From contig LSRY02000049.1 in the NCBI GenBank assembly GCA_001643675.2, forward strand, positions 434,001-498,000: a DNA stretch of 64,000 bases, written 5' to 3'. The translations under genes were made by a program, and so were the position numbers. This stretch comes from Monocercomonoides exilis PA203 (Eukaryota; Protista; Preaxostyla). This document shows, piece after piece, positions 38,556 through 51,059 of the stretch. Under the pieces are notes generated by a model. It ran no database searches. It was given only the letters and a program-made list of their open reading frames with translations, and was not told the DNA's origin. The stretch's first letter is position 1; each line of letters opens with the position of its first letter.

Positions 38556-39188
38556 TTAAGCACAGTCCCACCCGAACACTCTGTGGCACTCCTCCCAGAA
38601 CTCCTCTGTCTCCACAACACACCGATGCCCAACACACCCCAGGAAGATCCGCTCTGACGCATTCAGCACGCTGCACTCCAGCCCCAGGCTCCGACTGAAT
38701 GCCCCGTTCGACAGCGGTCGATCTCTGTTCATCTTCTCAGCCACCACCACACAGCACAGAAGGAGTGTCCCAACTGTGCTTATCGCCACAGACCCTGTCC
38801 GCTGCTCCGCCTTCTCCACCACATCCCACTCCACCACCCGCTCCAGAAGCACCAGCCCCTGCGCCAGCTCCCCTGCCGTCAGCCCCGACATCCCCCGCAC
38901 AAACCGCAGGAACTGCTCCACGCGCTTCAGCTCTTCCTCTCCTGCCGCACTCAGCGTCCCGTCCTTCTCCACATACTCCCCAACACTCCTCCCCAGTGTC
39001 TCCATCATCGCCTTGCTCGTTCTCCTGATCTCCTCTTCCCCTGCAGCGCGCTCGGCTGTGGCCGTCCACTTCGCTTGCAAACCCTCTTTTCGCTCTTTAT
39101 CTGCAAAAAGCTCCTTTCTGCAAAAAATGGAGAAGAAAGCACCAGCCACAATAATCCACGTAAACGCAGCAAGTGATTGCGCAAACAA
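38556..39188 (-). CDS. Divergent Pho80/P(U)-type cyclin-like protein (5' end uncertain)
   Basis: Cyclin-box pattern VEQFLRFVRGMSGLTAGELAQGLVLLERV...STVGTLLLCCVVVAEKMNRDRPLSNGAFSRSLGLECSVLNASERIFL matches Pho80-like 'LLL....VA.K..DD....N..FA...G.....LN.LE..FL'. ORF 39230..39466 may be an upstream exon. Confidence 0.7.
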   Translation of the reverse strand: MFAQSLAAFTWIIVAGAFFSIFCRKELFADKERKEGLQAKWTATAERAAGEEEIRRTSKAMMETLGRSVGEYVEKDGTLSAAGEEELKRVEQFLRFVRGMSGLTAGELAQGLVLLERVVEWDVVEKAEQRTGSVAISTVGTLLLCCVVVAEKMNRDRPLSNGAFSRSLGLECSVLNASERIFLGCVGHRCVVETEEFWEECHRVFGWDCA

Positions 39189-39488
39189 GCATTTTTAAGA
39201 TGAAAAACAATCAAAACACAAAAGCCATTTCAAATTGAAAAATGGTCACATAAAAGCAAAACATCCACACCTTCCCAATGCACACCGCTCCTCTGCATTG
39301 GATGAAAAAGAACATATTTCGCAATCTTTTTCAACATACGTTTCCACTTGTCCGAACATTTCAAGTCTTTTTCTGAGTTAACCTGAGAATAAATATGTAA
39401 AGGGAAATGATCATATTCGTCCCATTTCCATTTGATGATCACATATTTAGCAATAATTCTTTCCACATTTGTTGGTTGTCTTGATTAA

Positions 39489-40945
39489 TCACAACTTTAA
39501 GTAACATTCAGAAACTCGTTTTTTTTTTTCGGATTTTTTGCGATAGAATGATTTTATATTATATTAATAAACATGCTAGGGGTGAATTTTTTATTCTTGC
39601 TATACGGGTAATTCTTTTTGAAAAGTTGCAAACGTTTTATTTTCAAATAAATCAAAAATTTCATATTTTGCTCAAATTTTTGTAAACATACACCATTCTT
39701 CAATAATATGGAATCTATTTCTGGATAATGCTATTTCAAACATTCTTAAAAAAGATTCGTAAGTGGAAACAGAAATTTGAGCAAAATATGAAATTTTTGA
39801 TTTATTTGAAAATAAAACGTTTGCAACTTTTCAAAAAGAATTACCCATATAGCAAGAATAAAAAATTCACCCCTAGCATGTTTATTAATAATAGGGTCAG
39901 ATTTTTATTAGTACCCCGTTTTTTATTAGATCCTAAATTTTTTTTTCTTATATTGCTTCATACAGAAGCTTGTATTCAATGAGAATAATTTTAAAACAAA
40001 TAATATATTATTATAAGGTTGTATGCTTAATATTTTTGAAAATTTATTCTTTAAAAAAAAGATCTGAGTTTTTTAAGTTTTATTTTTTGATCAATGTTTT
40101 GCTCGTGTTTCCACGAGTTTTTGAAACTGAGTGTTTTCCTTGTTGGCATTGTGTTTAAACTTTCCTTTTTAACATTTTTGGTTATTTTATAACTTGAGAA
40201 ACTCTTTTTTTTCAATAGTTTTCACACATCACCTTTTTTTCGTAAAACTTAAAATTTTAACGAATAAGTTGTAATTTATTAAAATTATCATGCGTGTTAA
40301 ATAAATAAATTAGTGTTTCAAATAATAAAAGTGATGAAAATTCTCATTAAGAAGTATTAATATCAGAATTGGAAAAAGTTAATATTTTGTTTTTCTCATT
40401 TTTCTTTTAATACACATGAAATACACAAAGAAAGCTTAAGTATATGATAATACATAAAATAATACATCATTGAAAAAAAAGCAATCTTGTTAATAATAAT
40501 TTCCTTTGTTGATATTTTCGTTTTACAAAAAAAAGGTGAGGTGTGAAAACTATTGAAAAAAAAGAGTTTCTCAAGTTATAAAATAACCAAAAATGTTAAA
40601 AAGGAAAGTTTAAACACAATGCCAACAAGGAAAACACTCAGTTTCAAAAACTCGTGGAAACACGAGCAAAACATTGATCAAAAAATAAAACTTAAAAAAC
40701 TCAGATCTTTTTTTTAAAGAATAAATTTTCAAAAATATTAAGCATACAACCTTATAATAATATATTATTTGTTTTAAAATTATTCTCATTGAATACAAGC
40801 TTCTGTATGAAGCAATATAAGAAAAAAAAATTTAGGATCAAATAAAAAACGGGGTACTAATAAAAATCTGACCCTATATAAAATCATTCTATCGCAAAAA
40901 ATCCGAAAAAAAAAACGAGTTTCTGAATGTTCCTTAAAGTTGTGA
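39489..40945. mobile_element. Non-autonomous foldback/TIR element with ~430-bp near-identical inverted arms
   Basis: Left arm is 39489-39559 plus 39892-40248 (interrupted); right arm is 40520-40945. Ends are TCACAACTTTAAG...CTTAAAGTTGTGA. Identical 62-aa ORFs at 39970+ and 40610- confirm the inversion. No clear target-site duplication (TSD). Confidence 0.85.
39562..39890. mobile_element. MITE (~330 bp, ~122-bp TIRs) nested in the left arm of the foldback element
   Basis: tattaataaacatgctaggggtgaattttt...ctcaaattt (39562-39683) is the reverse complement of 39769-39890 with about 2 mismatches. The right arm of the host element is continuous across this point (ttttatatagggtcag). Confidence 0.85.
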
Positions 40946-40958
40946 CTCACCTGAATTA

Positions 40959-41686
40959 CACCAAAAATTATTGAACTTCGAAAAAGTTTAATTCAAGATC
41001 GAAAATAATTTATTCAACATCGAAAATTCTTTATCATCAAAAAATATGAAAAAATTTAAAAATTCATACTCACGTCAGTTTCTTTTCTTTCAGTTATTGA
41101 TCTGAGAAATTCGACAATTTCAATCAGAAAAAATTATTTTTTGATGTTTTTTTTTCTGGTGTTTGATTGTGTGAAATAGTGGAAATAGAATAAAACTGAG
41201 TTTCTATTAAACTCTTCACATGGGTTCAGGAGATTTAAAGGAATCAATGAAAAAATTATATGTGATAGGATTGTTCATGATCTTTTTTTGTGCACAAAAA
41301 AACAGAAATTTATCTCATTTATTGATTACGAAATGTTTTGAATTTCATTCATTGCATTGAAAACTGATAGAATAAGACATTTTCAATCTTCAAAATAAGA
41401 AAAGAATCGATTGATGTCAATCTATATGGAAGAAAACAGTTGTTTTAAACGAAAGAAAAACATATTCAATAAATGAACATTTGCAATTATCAACATTTGT
41501 ATCAAAAAATTTCCATGGTTTTCACTTGAATTGAAATTCTGAACCAATTTTCTTCTTTTTCGATTTTAAATAAAATATTTTCGATTTCAAATTGAACTTT
41601 ATCGATTTCGAATTAAAGTTTTCCGATTTCGAATTATTTATTTCGATCTTGAATTAAAGTTTTTCGATCTTGAATAATTTTTGGTG
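40959..41686. mobile_element. TIR element with CACC...GGTG ends, flanking TA and ~21-bp subterminal tandem repeats
   Basis: TA|CACCAAAAATTATT at 40957 and AATAATTTTTGGTG|TA at 41688. ATTCAAGATCGAAAAACTTTA-like units repeat ~3x on the left and ~5x (inverted) on the right. Confidence 0.75.
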
Positions 41687-41734
41687 TATTATTGGAAATA
41701 AAAGTGAAAATGATTTTTGGTTACATAGTTTTTG

Positions 41735-42080
41735 TTTTAAGCAGTTTTTTTTTTTGATGCAGTGATGAGACAAGAGAAATGAAAATTGTGATTTAAGATC
41801 TATTTGACGAGAGAGAGCAACAATGAAAACGTGCTCGATAATCGTTGTTTGTGTTTTGATTCTCGAATAAAGAGAATTTTTTTTCAAAAACGATGAAAGC
41901 TGAGTCGATAATTTGGTTATCATGAAAACTCAAAACGGTTCTTTAATGTTTTTTGATTTAATCTGTTTGTTTTTGAGCGATTATTTTTTCTTGGAATTTT
42001 TGTGTCTCATTTTTTAGCAAATTCTTTTATCTAACTTTTATGTTGAAATATCATATGGAGATAAAAGAAAACATGAATCA
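41735..42080 (+). repeat. Dispersed non-coding repeat, copy 1
   Basis: Reverse complement of ~62950-63285. Shared blocks include tatttgacgagagaga.caacaatgaaaacgtg.tcgataatcgttgtttgtgttttg and gatgaaagctgagtcgataatt. Confidence 0.85.
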
Positions 42081-42637
42081 TTTGACAAAATTGAATGACG
42101 CTTCAAATTCCTTGGTGCTTAAAAAATTGATTGAAATGATAATTTTTTTTCCAAAGAAAAAAACAAACATGAAACAGAAAAATTACTGTTTTTTTTTCCC
42201 TTTTTTCCGTTCGTATTTTCTCTTTCTTTTCTTTTTTTTTTGAAAAAATCTCTCATTAAAAGTGAAAATTTTCGCTTCAGATTAAAAAAGTGCATCATGT
42301 TTTAACCTGATTTTCAACGAACAATAAATTATTTAATAATCATGCCTAATACATATTCAATTGATATTTATCGAATTATTCATAAAAATTTGCAAAGACA
42401 ATTATTTATTTTCCTATTCAAAGTGTAAATGATGATAAAGATATTTATCTTGTTTGTACCATTCCAAAATTTTCGGTCTTTGTCACCTACGCCACAACAT
42501 TTTTCTTTCTCTTCTCAGAAATACTTATAAACAAAAGCATATTTTCGAAGATCCAAATGACCATAGTTGATTAGCTGGATCCAAATATTTTTAAGTATTT
42601 ATTTGTCAGCTGGTAAACCTTTTTTTACAAATTAAAG

Positions 42638-45600
42638 ATGGATCGTCTACTGCAACAAGGAAAGACGTTACCACCATTAAAATCAAAGCTTCCCCCATCT
42701 ATCTCTTCTCTTGCTATTGAAATACCTGATTCATTCTTTGCTGATTCACAAGTTGAAGCATTTCATGAATCACAGAAAACTCTATCAGATTTAGTTCGTA
42801 CTCTTGCAAATTTGGATAAAAGTTTGCTTGCTTGAAATTTTGTCTCGGAAATAGAAATTAATGCAATAATAATAACGTTTGAATGGGCTTTAGATGAGTT
42901 ATCCGCAGAGCCAACTTTCAAAAGTTCAAAACTAAAATTCATTCAAGACAAAAGCATTGGAAGCGGAAGCTTTGGGGTTGTTAGAAAGGCTATAATTAAG
43001 GATTCAAATGAAATCGTTGCAGTGAAAAGAGTTCTTCAGGATAAACATTATATGGTTATTTGAAACAATTTGCACACGAATGTTCAAATATATTTATTTA
43101 TTAATTTATATTTTTCCAAACGAAATATAGAACAGAGAACTGCGAATATTAAAGCTTCTTCACCATCCGAATTGCTGTGAAATGAAAGAATATTACTATG
43201 AAGATGATCAAGTTGAGCATTTTTCATTCGCTTATACAGTTTTTTTATCAATTTTTTTCTTTTTCTTAAATATCTTCAGAACGACAAAGTTTATCTCAAT
43301 ATTGTAATGGAGTATATCCCACAAACGGTATATAATGTCAGCCAGTTTTTTGTCAAACAAAGAAAAGCGCTTCCGACATTTTTTGTAAAGGTTTGCAAGC
43401 ATTAATAATATTGGAATTCTTGATAATTTGAAATTAATAATTATTTTGGCAATCAATGCTCCAGCTTTATTCTTATCAAATATTGAGAGCTACAGCATAT
43501 TTTCATGCGCTTGGAATTTGCCATCGTGACATCAAACCTCGTTTGCATTGATTTTCTTTCTTTATTCTTATTCTTATTCTTTTGGATTTTTATTGATGCT
43601 TTATTATTATGAATACAACACGATATGAAATGAATTTTCGATTGGCAAATTTGTTGAATTATCTTATAGATAACATTTTGGTTGATCCAGCTACTGGGAA
43701 AGTCAAGATTTGCGATTTTGGAAGGTTTGTTGGATGTTTCTTTGTTTTCAGAATTATTTTGAGATTTTTTTTTGAATGCAATTAATGGTTTTTTTGTCAA
43801 AACATTGCTTGTTATTGAATAATCACACAAATTCAAAAAATAAAAATGCAATATTTATAAACAAAAGTGCAAAAGTTCTTAAACCAAATGAAACTTCCAT
43901 TTCGTATATTTGCAGCAGATATTACAGAGCACCAGAGCTTGTAATGGGCGCAACACATTACACTGTTTCTGTAGGTATTGTCTTTCTTATTTAAGAGCAA
44001 AATTGTGCATACAAATAAATAACATTTGAATTTCTTTAAAATTTATTGTGTTTTCATGTGTGTGTGTGTGTGTGTGTGTGCGTGTTTGGTTGGTTTCTTT
44101 GTTTTCAACGCAAATCTTTGTATTTTAATTTTTTGGTTTAATCTAAATCTACATTTTTTATTTTATTTTATTTTATTTTATTTCTTTTGCCTTATTTTAT
44201 TTTAATTATTTTCTTATTTCCCCTGTACAGATTTATGGTCCCTCGGCTGCGTGATAGCTGAGATGATGTTGGGGTTTCCGATCTTCCCAGGCAACAGCAA
44301 CATCGACCAGCTGGTGGAGATTGTGAAGGTGCTGGGCACGCCCACTGCGCAGAACCTGCAGAACATGAAAGTCTCCTCGACATTCGAGTATTCTCTTCCA
44401 GACATCAAGCCAAAGTCGTTTTCAAAGGTTTGAATTGCGTTTCTTTGTTTCTTTTTGAATTTATTTATTCACTTTGATATATTCTTTTTGATATTCGCAC
44501 CTTCCGTCAAACATATCATCAAAACAATCTCTACAACAACACCTTCATCTTCTTTTATCAATCAAACACCACATCTTCTCTCTACACCTCCCCCTCCCTC
44601 CTTCTCCTCCTTCTTCTTCTCCCTTCAGCTTTTCCACCCAGCCACCGACCGCCTCGCCATCGACCTGGTCTCCCAGCTCCTCTGCTACAATCCCGAAGAC
44701 CGGCTGTCAGCACGAGAGGCGTTGCTCCACCCTTTCTTTGCCGACCTCCGCGACGAGAAACACGACGCTATGCCTGATGGCACCCCTATGCCCCCTCTTT
44801 TCAGCTTCACCCAGCTCGAATATGCGGTCGACTTCGACACCTACTGGAAGATCAAGCAGCTCCACTGCCCTGGCGCACCGATGCCCTTCGGCATTACCCC
44901 CAGAGCTGCTTCTAGTTTCTCTTCTTCTTCTTATTCTTATTCTCCTTCTTCCTCCTCCTCCTCCTCTTCTTCACAATCTCTTTTTCAAGTTGGCCCTTCT
45001 CCCCGTTCAGCCACCCATCGTCGCTCCTGCTCTGTCTCCACTCCGAACTCTCTCTCTCTCAATCCTCCTGTCAACCCGCTGTCTGCCACTGAGCCTGGCG
45101 ATCCCTTTGCCCCGCCAGGAAGCTCGAAGTTTCTTCCGCGTCGGCTGTCGATGGAGAACAAGATGACTCCACACACCCCTTTCCGCCCAGTCACCCCGAA
45201 TGTGCTGCCGACATCTGCTGCTGCTCCTCCGACTCTTCCTCTCTCGTCGACGTTTGTTGTGTCCCACTCAAAGCACACGCCAGGGGACGATGAGGCAAGC
45301 GCAGCCCTGTTTCCTGTGACCAGCTCGCTCTCTCAGTCAACCTGTGCAGATGTCAACAAAGAAGGCACAGCTACCTCTGCTTCTGCTTCAACATCTGCTT
45401 CAACATCTGCTTCTATGCGTGCTTCTGCTGCCTTTTCTGCCTCGTCCATGTCTGCCACAAATCCTGAGAGCTGTCTGGCTGACCCGTTCTCCTCTCCCTT
45501 CGAGTGCAGCCGTATTTCTGTGGGGAATTCGCGAAGAGAATCGACAGGGCGTATTTTGAATACAACACACGCTTATGCTTCTTCTGCTTCTTCTGCTTCG

Positions 45601-46845
45601 TCGATGGTGACGCTTCCACCGCTGACCGACACAACAACAGCGACAAGGCAGAATGCGACTAAATATCTGCATTTGCCTCCACTTGTCAATGAAACTGGGA
45701 AATGTACTCAGTTCCAAAATGGTTCAATACCTGCTGCTTCGTCTTTGTATGGATCATCAAAGAATGCAGCATCTTCTTCTTCTTCTTCTTCTTCTTCTTC
45801 AAATCCAAATGTTACATCGTCTTCTTATCCGTCTTCTTCTTCACCTTTGGCATTGAATCCATCATCACTCCCTCAAAAGGGAGTGTTTTTTCAGCCTCAG
45901 AATGTGCAAGTGCGTCCATATACGTCCTCAAGTATTCTTCCCCCCACTTATTCCTCTTCTTCTTCTTCCTCCTTCTCCTCCTCTTCAACTTCAGACACAT
46001 TGCTCTCCTCCACTAACAAAAAGCGTGCTTTTTTAACTCCGTCGCACCGCGCTAGCGTTTCTGGCCATCGCCACACGACTTCTCTTCCACCGACACTGCC
46101 TGGGCTGTCGTCTTCAGCCCATGCTTCTCTTTATTCCTCTGTGAATATCGTGTCAAAGAACACCCTTGCGACACCAGCAGTGTCTGCACTCACAGCAAAT
46201 GCAGGAGATAAACAGGGCCTGCCGTTGAATGCAGCAGCTGCGTCAGCAACCTCATCAACACTTGCACCTTCTTTGCCATCTTCTTCAGTGGCTGCTACAA
46301 CATCTGCTGTGAAAATGTTTGCTTCTTCTTCTTCTTCTTCTTCTTCTTCCTCTTCCTCTTCATCTGCCTCTTCCTCTTCCTCCATGCGTTCGTCCATTGC
46401 CCTATCTTCATCGTCTGCTTTGTCTGATTCGTCGCCACTGCTTAAGCGGTCTGTGCACAAAGCAGCATCCTTCACTGAGCTCCCTGCATTGGTTGATTAC
46501 TCATTGTCTGCAACCTCCCCATCGTATTTACCTCTGCCATCTTCTGTTTCATCGTCTTCCTCCTCCACCTCCGCCTCCTCCTCTTCCTCTTCTTCTTCCT
46601 CTTCTTCTTCCTCATCTTCCTCTTCCTCTTCCTCTTCTGCTGTGGCTGCACTGCCAACAGGATCTCTCTCTAGCACATCCAAGCGAGGTGTCGTGCCTTC
46701 TCCGTCGAAACTGCAGAAGACGTCGATTGTCCAGACACTTTCGAGTCAAATGCACACTTTGAAGATTGCACCAGTTCAGAAGGCATCAAACTTGGGGGCG
46801 AAGGATGCAGCAGGATATGCTGTGAGTGCAAAGAAAGTAAAGTAA
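42638..46845 (+). CDS. GSK3: Glycogen synthase kinase-3/shaggy-like kinase with a long Ser-rich C-terminal extension, ~9 exons
   Basis: [22 protein letters not shown]|[34 protein letters not shown]|[53 protein letters not shown] and HPFFADLR are all GSK3 hallmarks. Confidence 0.95.
44057..44080 (+). repeat. (TG)n microsatellite in a GSK3 intron
   Basis: tgtgtgtg... run directly visible. Confidence 0.9.
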
Positions 46846-47989
46846 ATGCTTATGTTTCTTTGTTTCTATATTACTATTTTGATTCTTTCTTTCTTTCTTT
46901 CTTTCTTTCGATCTGTTTAATTAATCTATTTTTTTTTAAAGAAATATTTATCTTTATTTATTTTATTTAAGTTTCGTAGCATAATGATCGAGTGATTTAT
47001 GCATCACAATGTAATTATTTAGAGTTAATACTTATCTTTTTTGTGTAATGAATATCAATTTAGATTTATCTTTATTTAAATATTTTTTTGATTGTTTGAT
47101 TTTTTTGTATTTTATTTTTTTGTTTTTTTTTTTGGGTTTTTGGGTTTGGTTTTGATATGTTTAGAGGACTAACGTTATCGATATTTGGGCTCCGCATATA
47201 ATGTGTATTTTGCTTTGCGATATGCAATATATGTTCATTGACGATGGGTAATTTTCATTATCTTTTTTGCATCTTTATCTTTCAATGTAATTCATCATTA
47301 ATTCGACACATCGTTGTTTTTCTTCAGTTTTGATTTCGTAATGTGTGTTTTTAGCAGTCTCCAGCTCATATTTTTTTTTCCTGTTTCTTTTTCATTTCTA
47401 TTTTAATGACTTTTAATGAATTTTTATTTATTTTACGTTTTGAATCGATGGGGCTGTGGCCAAATATTACGTATGTTTGCTTTTCTCCCAATATGCTATT
47501 GATTTGAAATCATGCAAATTTTTATGTTTCTAACGTTAAGTTTCGATGTTGCATGAACATGTATCAATTGCAATGCTTTCATTCATTTTTCTTATTTCCA
47601 TGAATATTACATATTTGATGAATATGTTTCGTTTCGCTACATTCTTTTGACTTCCTGCTATGTTAACTGTTGTAGTTTCTTAGAAATTTTTGAATTTTTT
47701 TTTCTTTTATTGATATTAATGCTTTTGATCTTGTATGCATCCGTGGTTTTTCTTCAATGGATGGCTTCTTCAATTTTGTGCATTTTTGTAACATTCATTA
47801 GATCTCGGAAAAACTCTGTTTTTCGATTAATACTTTTTGAATTTTAAAATTTCATTTATTTTCTTTCTAAATTATATTAATTTCACCAAGAAAAAATGAA
47901 ATTATAAATCGCCGAATTTTTTCTCTTTTTGTTGAAGAATAAAGAACATGGTTAACTGATCAAAATCTCCATCCTCTTTTCCCTTTCCT

Positions 47990-50371
47990 ATGCATGTTCT
48001 GTCGATTTTATTTTTATTAACTTATGACACTATATGCGATTTAATATCTGTACAAGTTGTAGCTCGTCATGGTTTATTAATAGCTTGTGTTTTATATTTT
48101 ATCATAATATTTATTTTTTTGAAGGTGATAGAGGACCTCTGTTGGATATACCTGTTTGAAAGCAATTGCATTATCATTTGAAAATTACAACATTGTTTTC
48201 AATATAAATATTTTTATTTTAAATCAGAAATACATTAAACCTGGACTTCCTGGAGAATTGACGGTTCGGGGAATGAAACAGCACAAAGCAATTGGAAAAT
48301 TTATCAGAGACCACTATAAAAATGAAAAAAATTTCCTTTCTGAAACTTATAAATCATCAGAAATTTATGTTCGAGCGTCAAACTACAATCGTTGTCTTCA
48401 ATCGGCTTGGTCTCAATTAGCTGGACTTTATGAAAAAGCAAATGGGCCAAATGGAATGCGAGCTATTCCCATGCAGACAGAACTTCAAGAGGAAGAACTT
48501 CTCCTTCGTGGATACGAAGTTAGGTTTGATTAATGATTAAATTTTTTGTTCACAACCTTTTTTAATTTATTTTACACATTGAAGTCCTCCTGCTTTAACT
48601 GGATTCGATAACTATAAAAAGTCAAGCGATTATGATAAAATTGCAGAAGAAATTAAGCCTGATTTAACAAGATTATCTGAGATAATTGAATTTAATGTTA
48701 CAATGGAACATTTGGAATTTACGCTTGATTCAATGTTTATACAGGATATCTATGGGTTTGCTTTTTGTTAGATTTTATCCACTGAATTTTTATGCTTATC
48801 TTTTCCATTTGTTGGTATCTTAAAGAAAGTTGAGCGACGAAGAAAAAGAAATTGGAATAAGGTTGGCAGATGCGATGGATAGAAGTATGACTTTACAAAA
48901 ACTGAGTATCATTATTCATGTTGAATCTTTCACATTTCACATCTTTCATTTAAAAAATTCTCTTTGAAATGAAATATTAGTCAGGCAACAACATTTCTAT
49001 TATCAAGAGCTTTCAAGAGCAAAAGCTGGATTGGGGATGCTTTTTCAAGAGGTTTGAAAACACTTCTCAATTTCTCTGAAATCATTTGCATTTTTTATTG
49101 GAAATATCGGTAAACATCTTTTTTTATAAATATGTTGTAAACTGCGAAATATATTTCGTTTTGTAATCAGTTATTCGTAGATAACGTTAAAGATGATCTT
49201 ACATTATTAGATCAACCCGAATCCACACCTTTGTCAAGCGGCTTGGAACAAAATGAAAATCACACTCATCTATTGCAGTACAGCGAACCAACAAAAAAGA
49301 TTAAACATAAAAAATTCCGTCTTTATTCAGCTCATGACACAACTCTGTATACGATTATGTATCCTTTACAGATTCCGACATATGAAAAGGGCAAGTCAGG
49401 GAATCCACGATACAGGAAGATCTCACCATTCTACTCGGATCAAGTGAAGGAACTCGAAAGAGAGGAAAGAGAAAAGACCGAGGCCATGGCAAATGGGCAA
49501 AACTCCACTTCGCCAAGCAACCGTGTTGAGAATCTCGAGCTTGTTAATCCGCTTCCTTATTATGCTGCTATCTTGCTGATTGAGCTGCATGTTCCACGTG
49601 ATGAAAACAACAAACTCAACCGTAGCTCTGCCTTCTTCCGCTTCTTTTACCAGATAAACGAGGCCAAAGCACGCAAAGGTGAACTATGGACGCAAGTGAA
49701 GCCAGCTCGCTGCTCGTCAATAGACTGTTCAGTGACTGAATTTGAGAATGCTTATAAGTCTTGGATGGTGCCTCATGATCATACAGAAACTGAGGATCCT
49801 TCTCAGCGCTTTTCTGAGACTGTCAATGGGAAAAAGAAAAAGACTCCTCCAGTGAAACTTTTTGATACTGACTATTATATGAGCGAATATGAAAAGTCGA
49901 GAAAGGAGAGTTGCGGAATGGACAAACCAAGTGTGCTTTTTTTTTCAAAATTATTAACTCTTTAAAAATTCATCATAATTATATTGTTCAAATATTTCTG
50001 TATCTTTTTTTTTTCTATCGTCAAATGCAAATGATGATTTCACTTTTGATGGATTCTTTCAGACGTTCCTTTGTATCACGCTGTTTTCCCTCCTCCTAAA
50101 GCTACAGTTTTCTTCACTCTGATAGGAATTTTTTCTGTCCTAGCGGTGTGTTGCACCATTTTGGACATTTTCCTATTCTGGGCATGGAGAAAACGTGTCA
50201 AGGCACAAAGTTTGTTACTATTTATTCTTATCAGTAAACAATTAAATGCTTCTTCAATTTTTCATTTCTTCTTCTTTTCTTTTCTTTTTCTGTTTTATTT
50301 TTCTTTCAGTAAAATATGAAGCGTTTCCCTCAAGTTCGATAAATTATGGAGCTATGAGCGATAATTCTTAG
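47990..50371 (+). CDS. Histidine acid phosphatase (branch 2), lysosomal acid phosphatase-like type I membrane protein
   Basis: Signal-peptide-like start. RH|GDRGP catalytic motif (split by an intron), GELTVRGMKQH, IYVRAS..NRCLQSA...LAGLY and LYSAHDTTL. C-terminal TM helix (TVFFTLIGIFSVLAVCCTILDIFLFWAW) and a short tail KYEAF...NYGAM. Confidence 0.9.
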
Positions 50372-51059
50372 AGAAAATAAGTTCCATTGTAAACGAAACA
50401 AGTTGATTATCAATTATCAATCAAATAATTACAGGTAATTAATACCAGTAAGTTGATTTGATGGAGATGCTATATGTAACTTTTTGTGTTATTAATCTAA
50501 TTTTTATGTAATTTTTGTTCAAAATAAAGATTTACAAAGACTCAAAAAACAATTCAGTTTTGTATGCTTTTTCTAAAATCCAATATAGCTGTGAATATTT
50601 TAAAGCAATTCATTTTATTTTCCGAGAATAAAGAATTGCATGCAATCAACATATTTGTGTCTTCTTTTTTGATCTTTTCTTCATCAAAACGTTGGAATGG
50701 TAGACAAAATGCGATACTTAAAGCATTTATTATTACAATTTTACAATTGGAAATAAGGTTTTTCAATCAAAAATAAAAAACAGAAATGAAAACAGAAATA
50801 AAAATCGAAATAAAAATAATTTAGAACCACTTGACTTTCAAAAAAAATGTTCATATATAAAAGAAAGAAAGAATGAAAGAAAGAACATTATAATTATAAT
50901 TTGAAAAAATACAAAATTAATCCATCATTACATCTTTGAATCTAATAAAAAATAAAAGATCACAACAATAACATTTAAAAAAAAAAAGCATGAAAATGTT
51001 TATAAAACCTGAACAACAAATTTTTAAACTAACAAAGCTGATAAAGCAGTCAATGCAGT

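Noticed and set aside
39970-40798. Two identical 62-aa ORFs on opposite strands
   Set aside because: They are a consequence of the inverted arms, start at TTG and have an AT-driven composition. Not a transposase.
41560-41686. Regularly spaced ~21-bp repeats that might suggest a CRISPR array
   Set aside because: They are tandem and degenerate with no unique spacers, there are no cas genes, and the context is eukaryotic. Explained as subterminal TIR repeats.
47150-47800. Coding-like fragments on the minus strand between GSK3 and the phosphatase
   Set aside because: Interrupted by stops in all frames and no recognisable motif.
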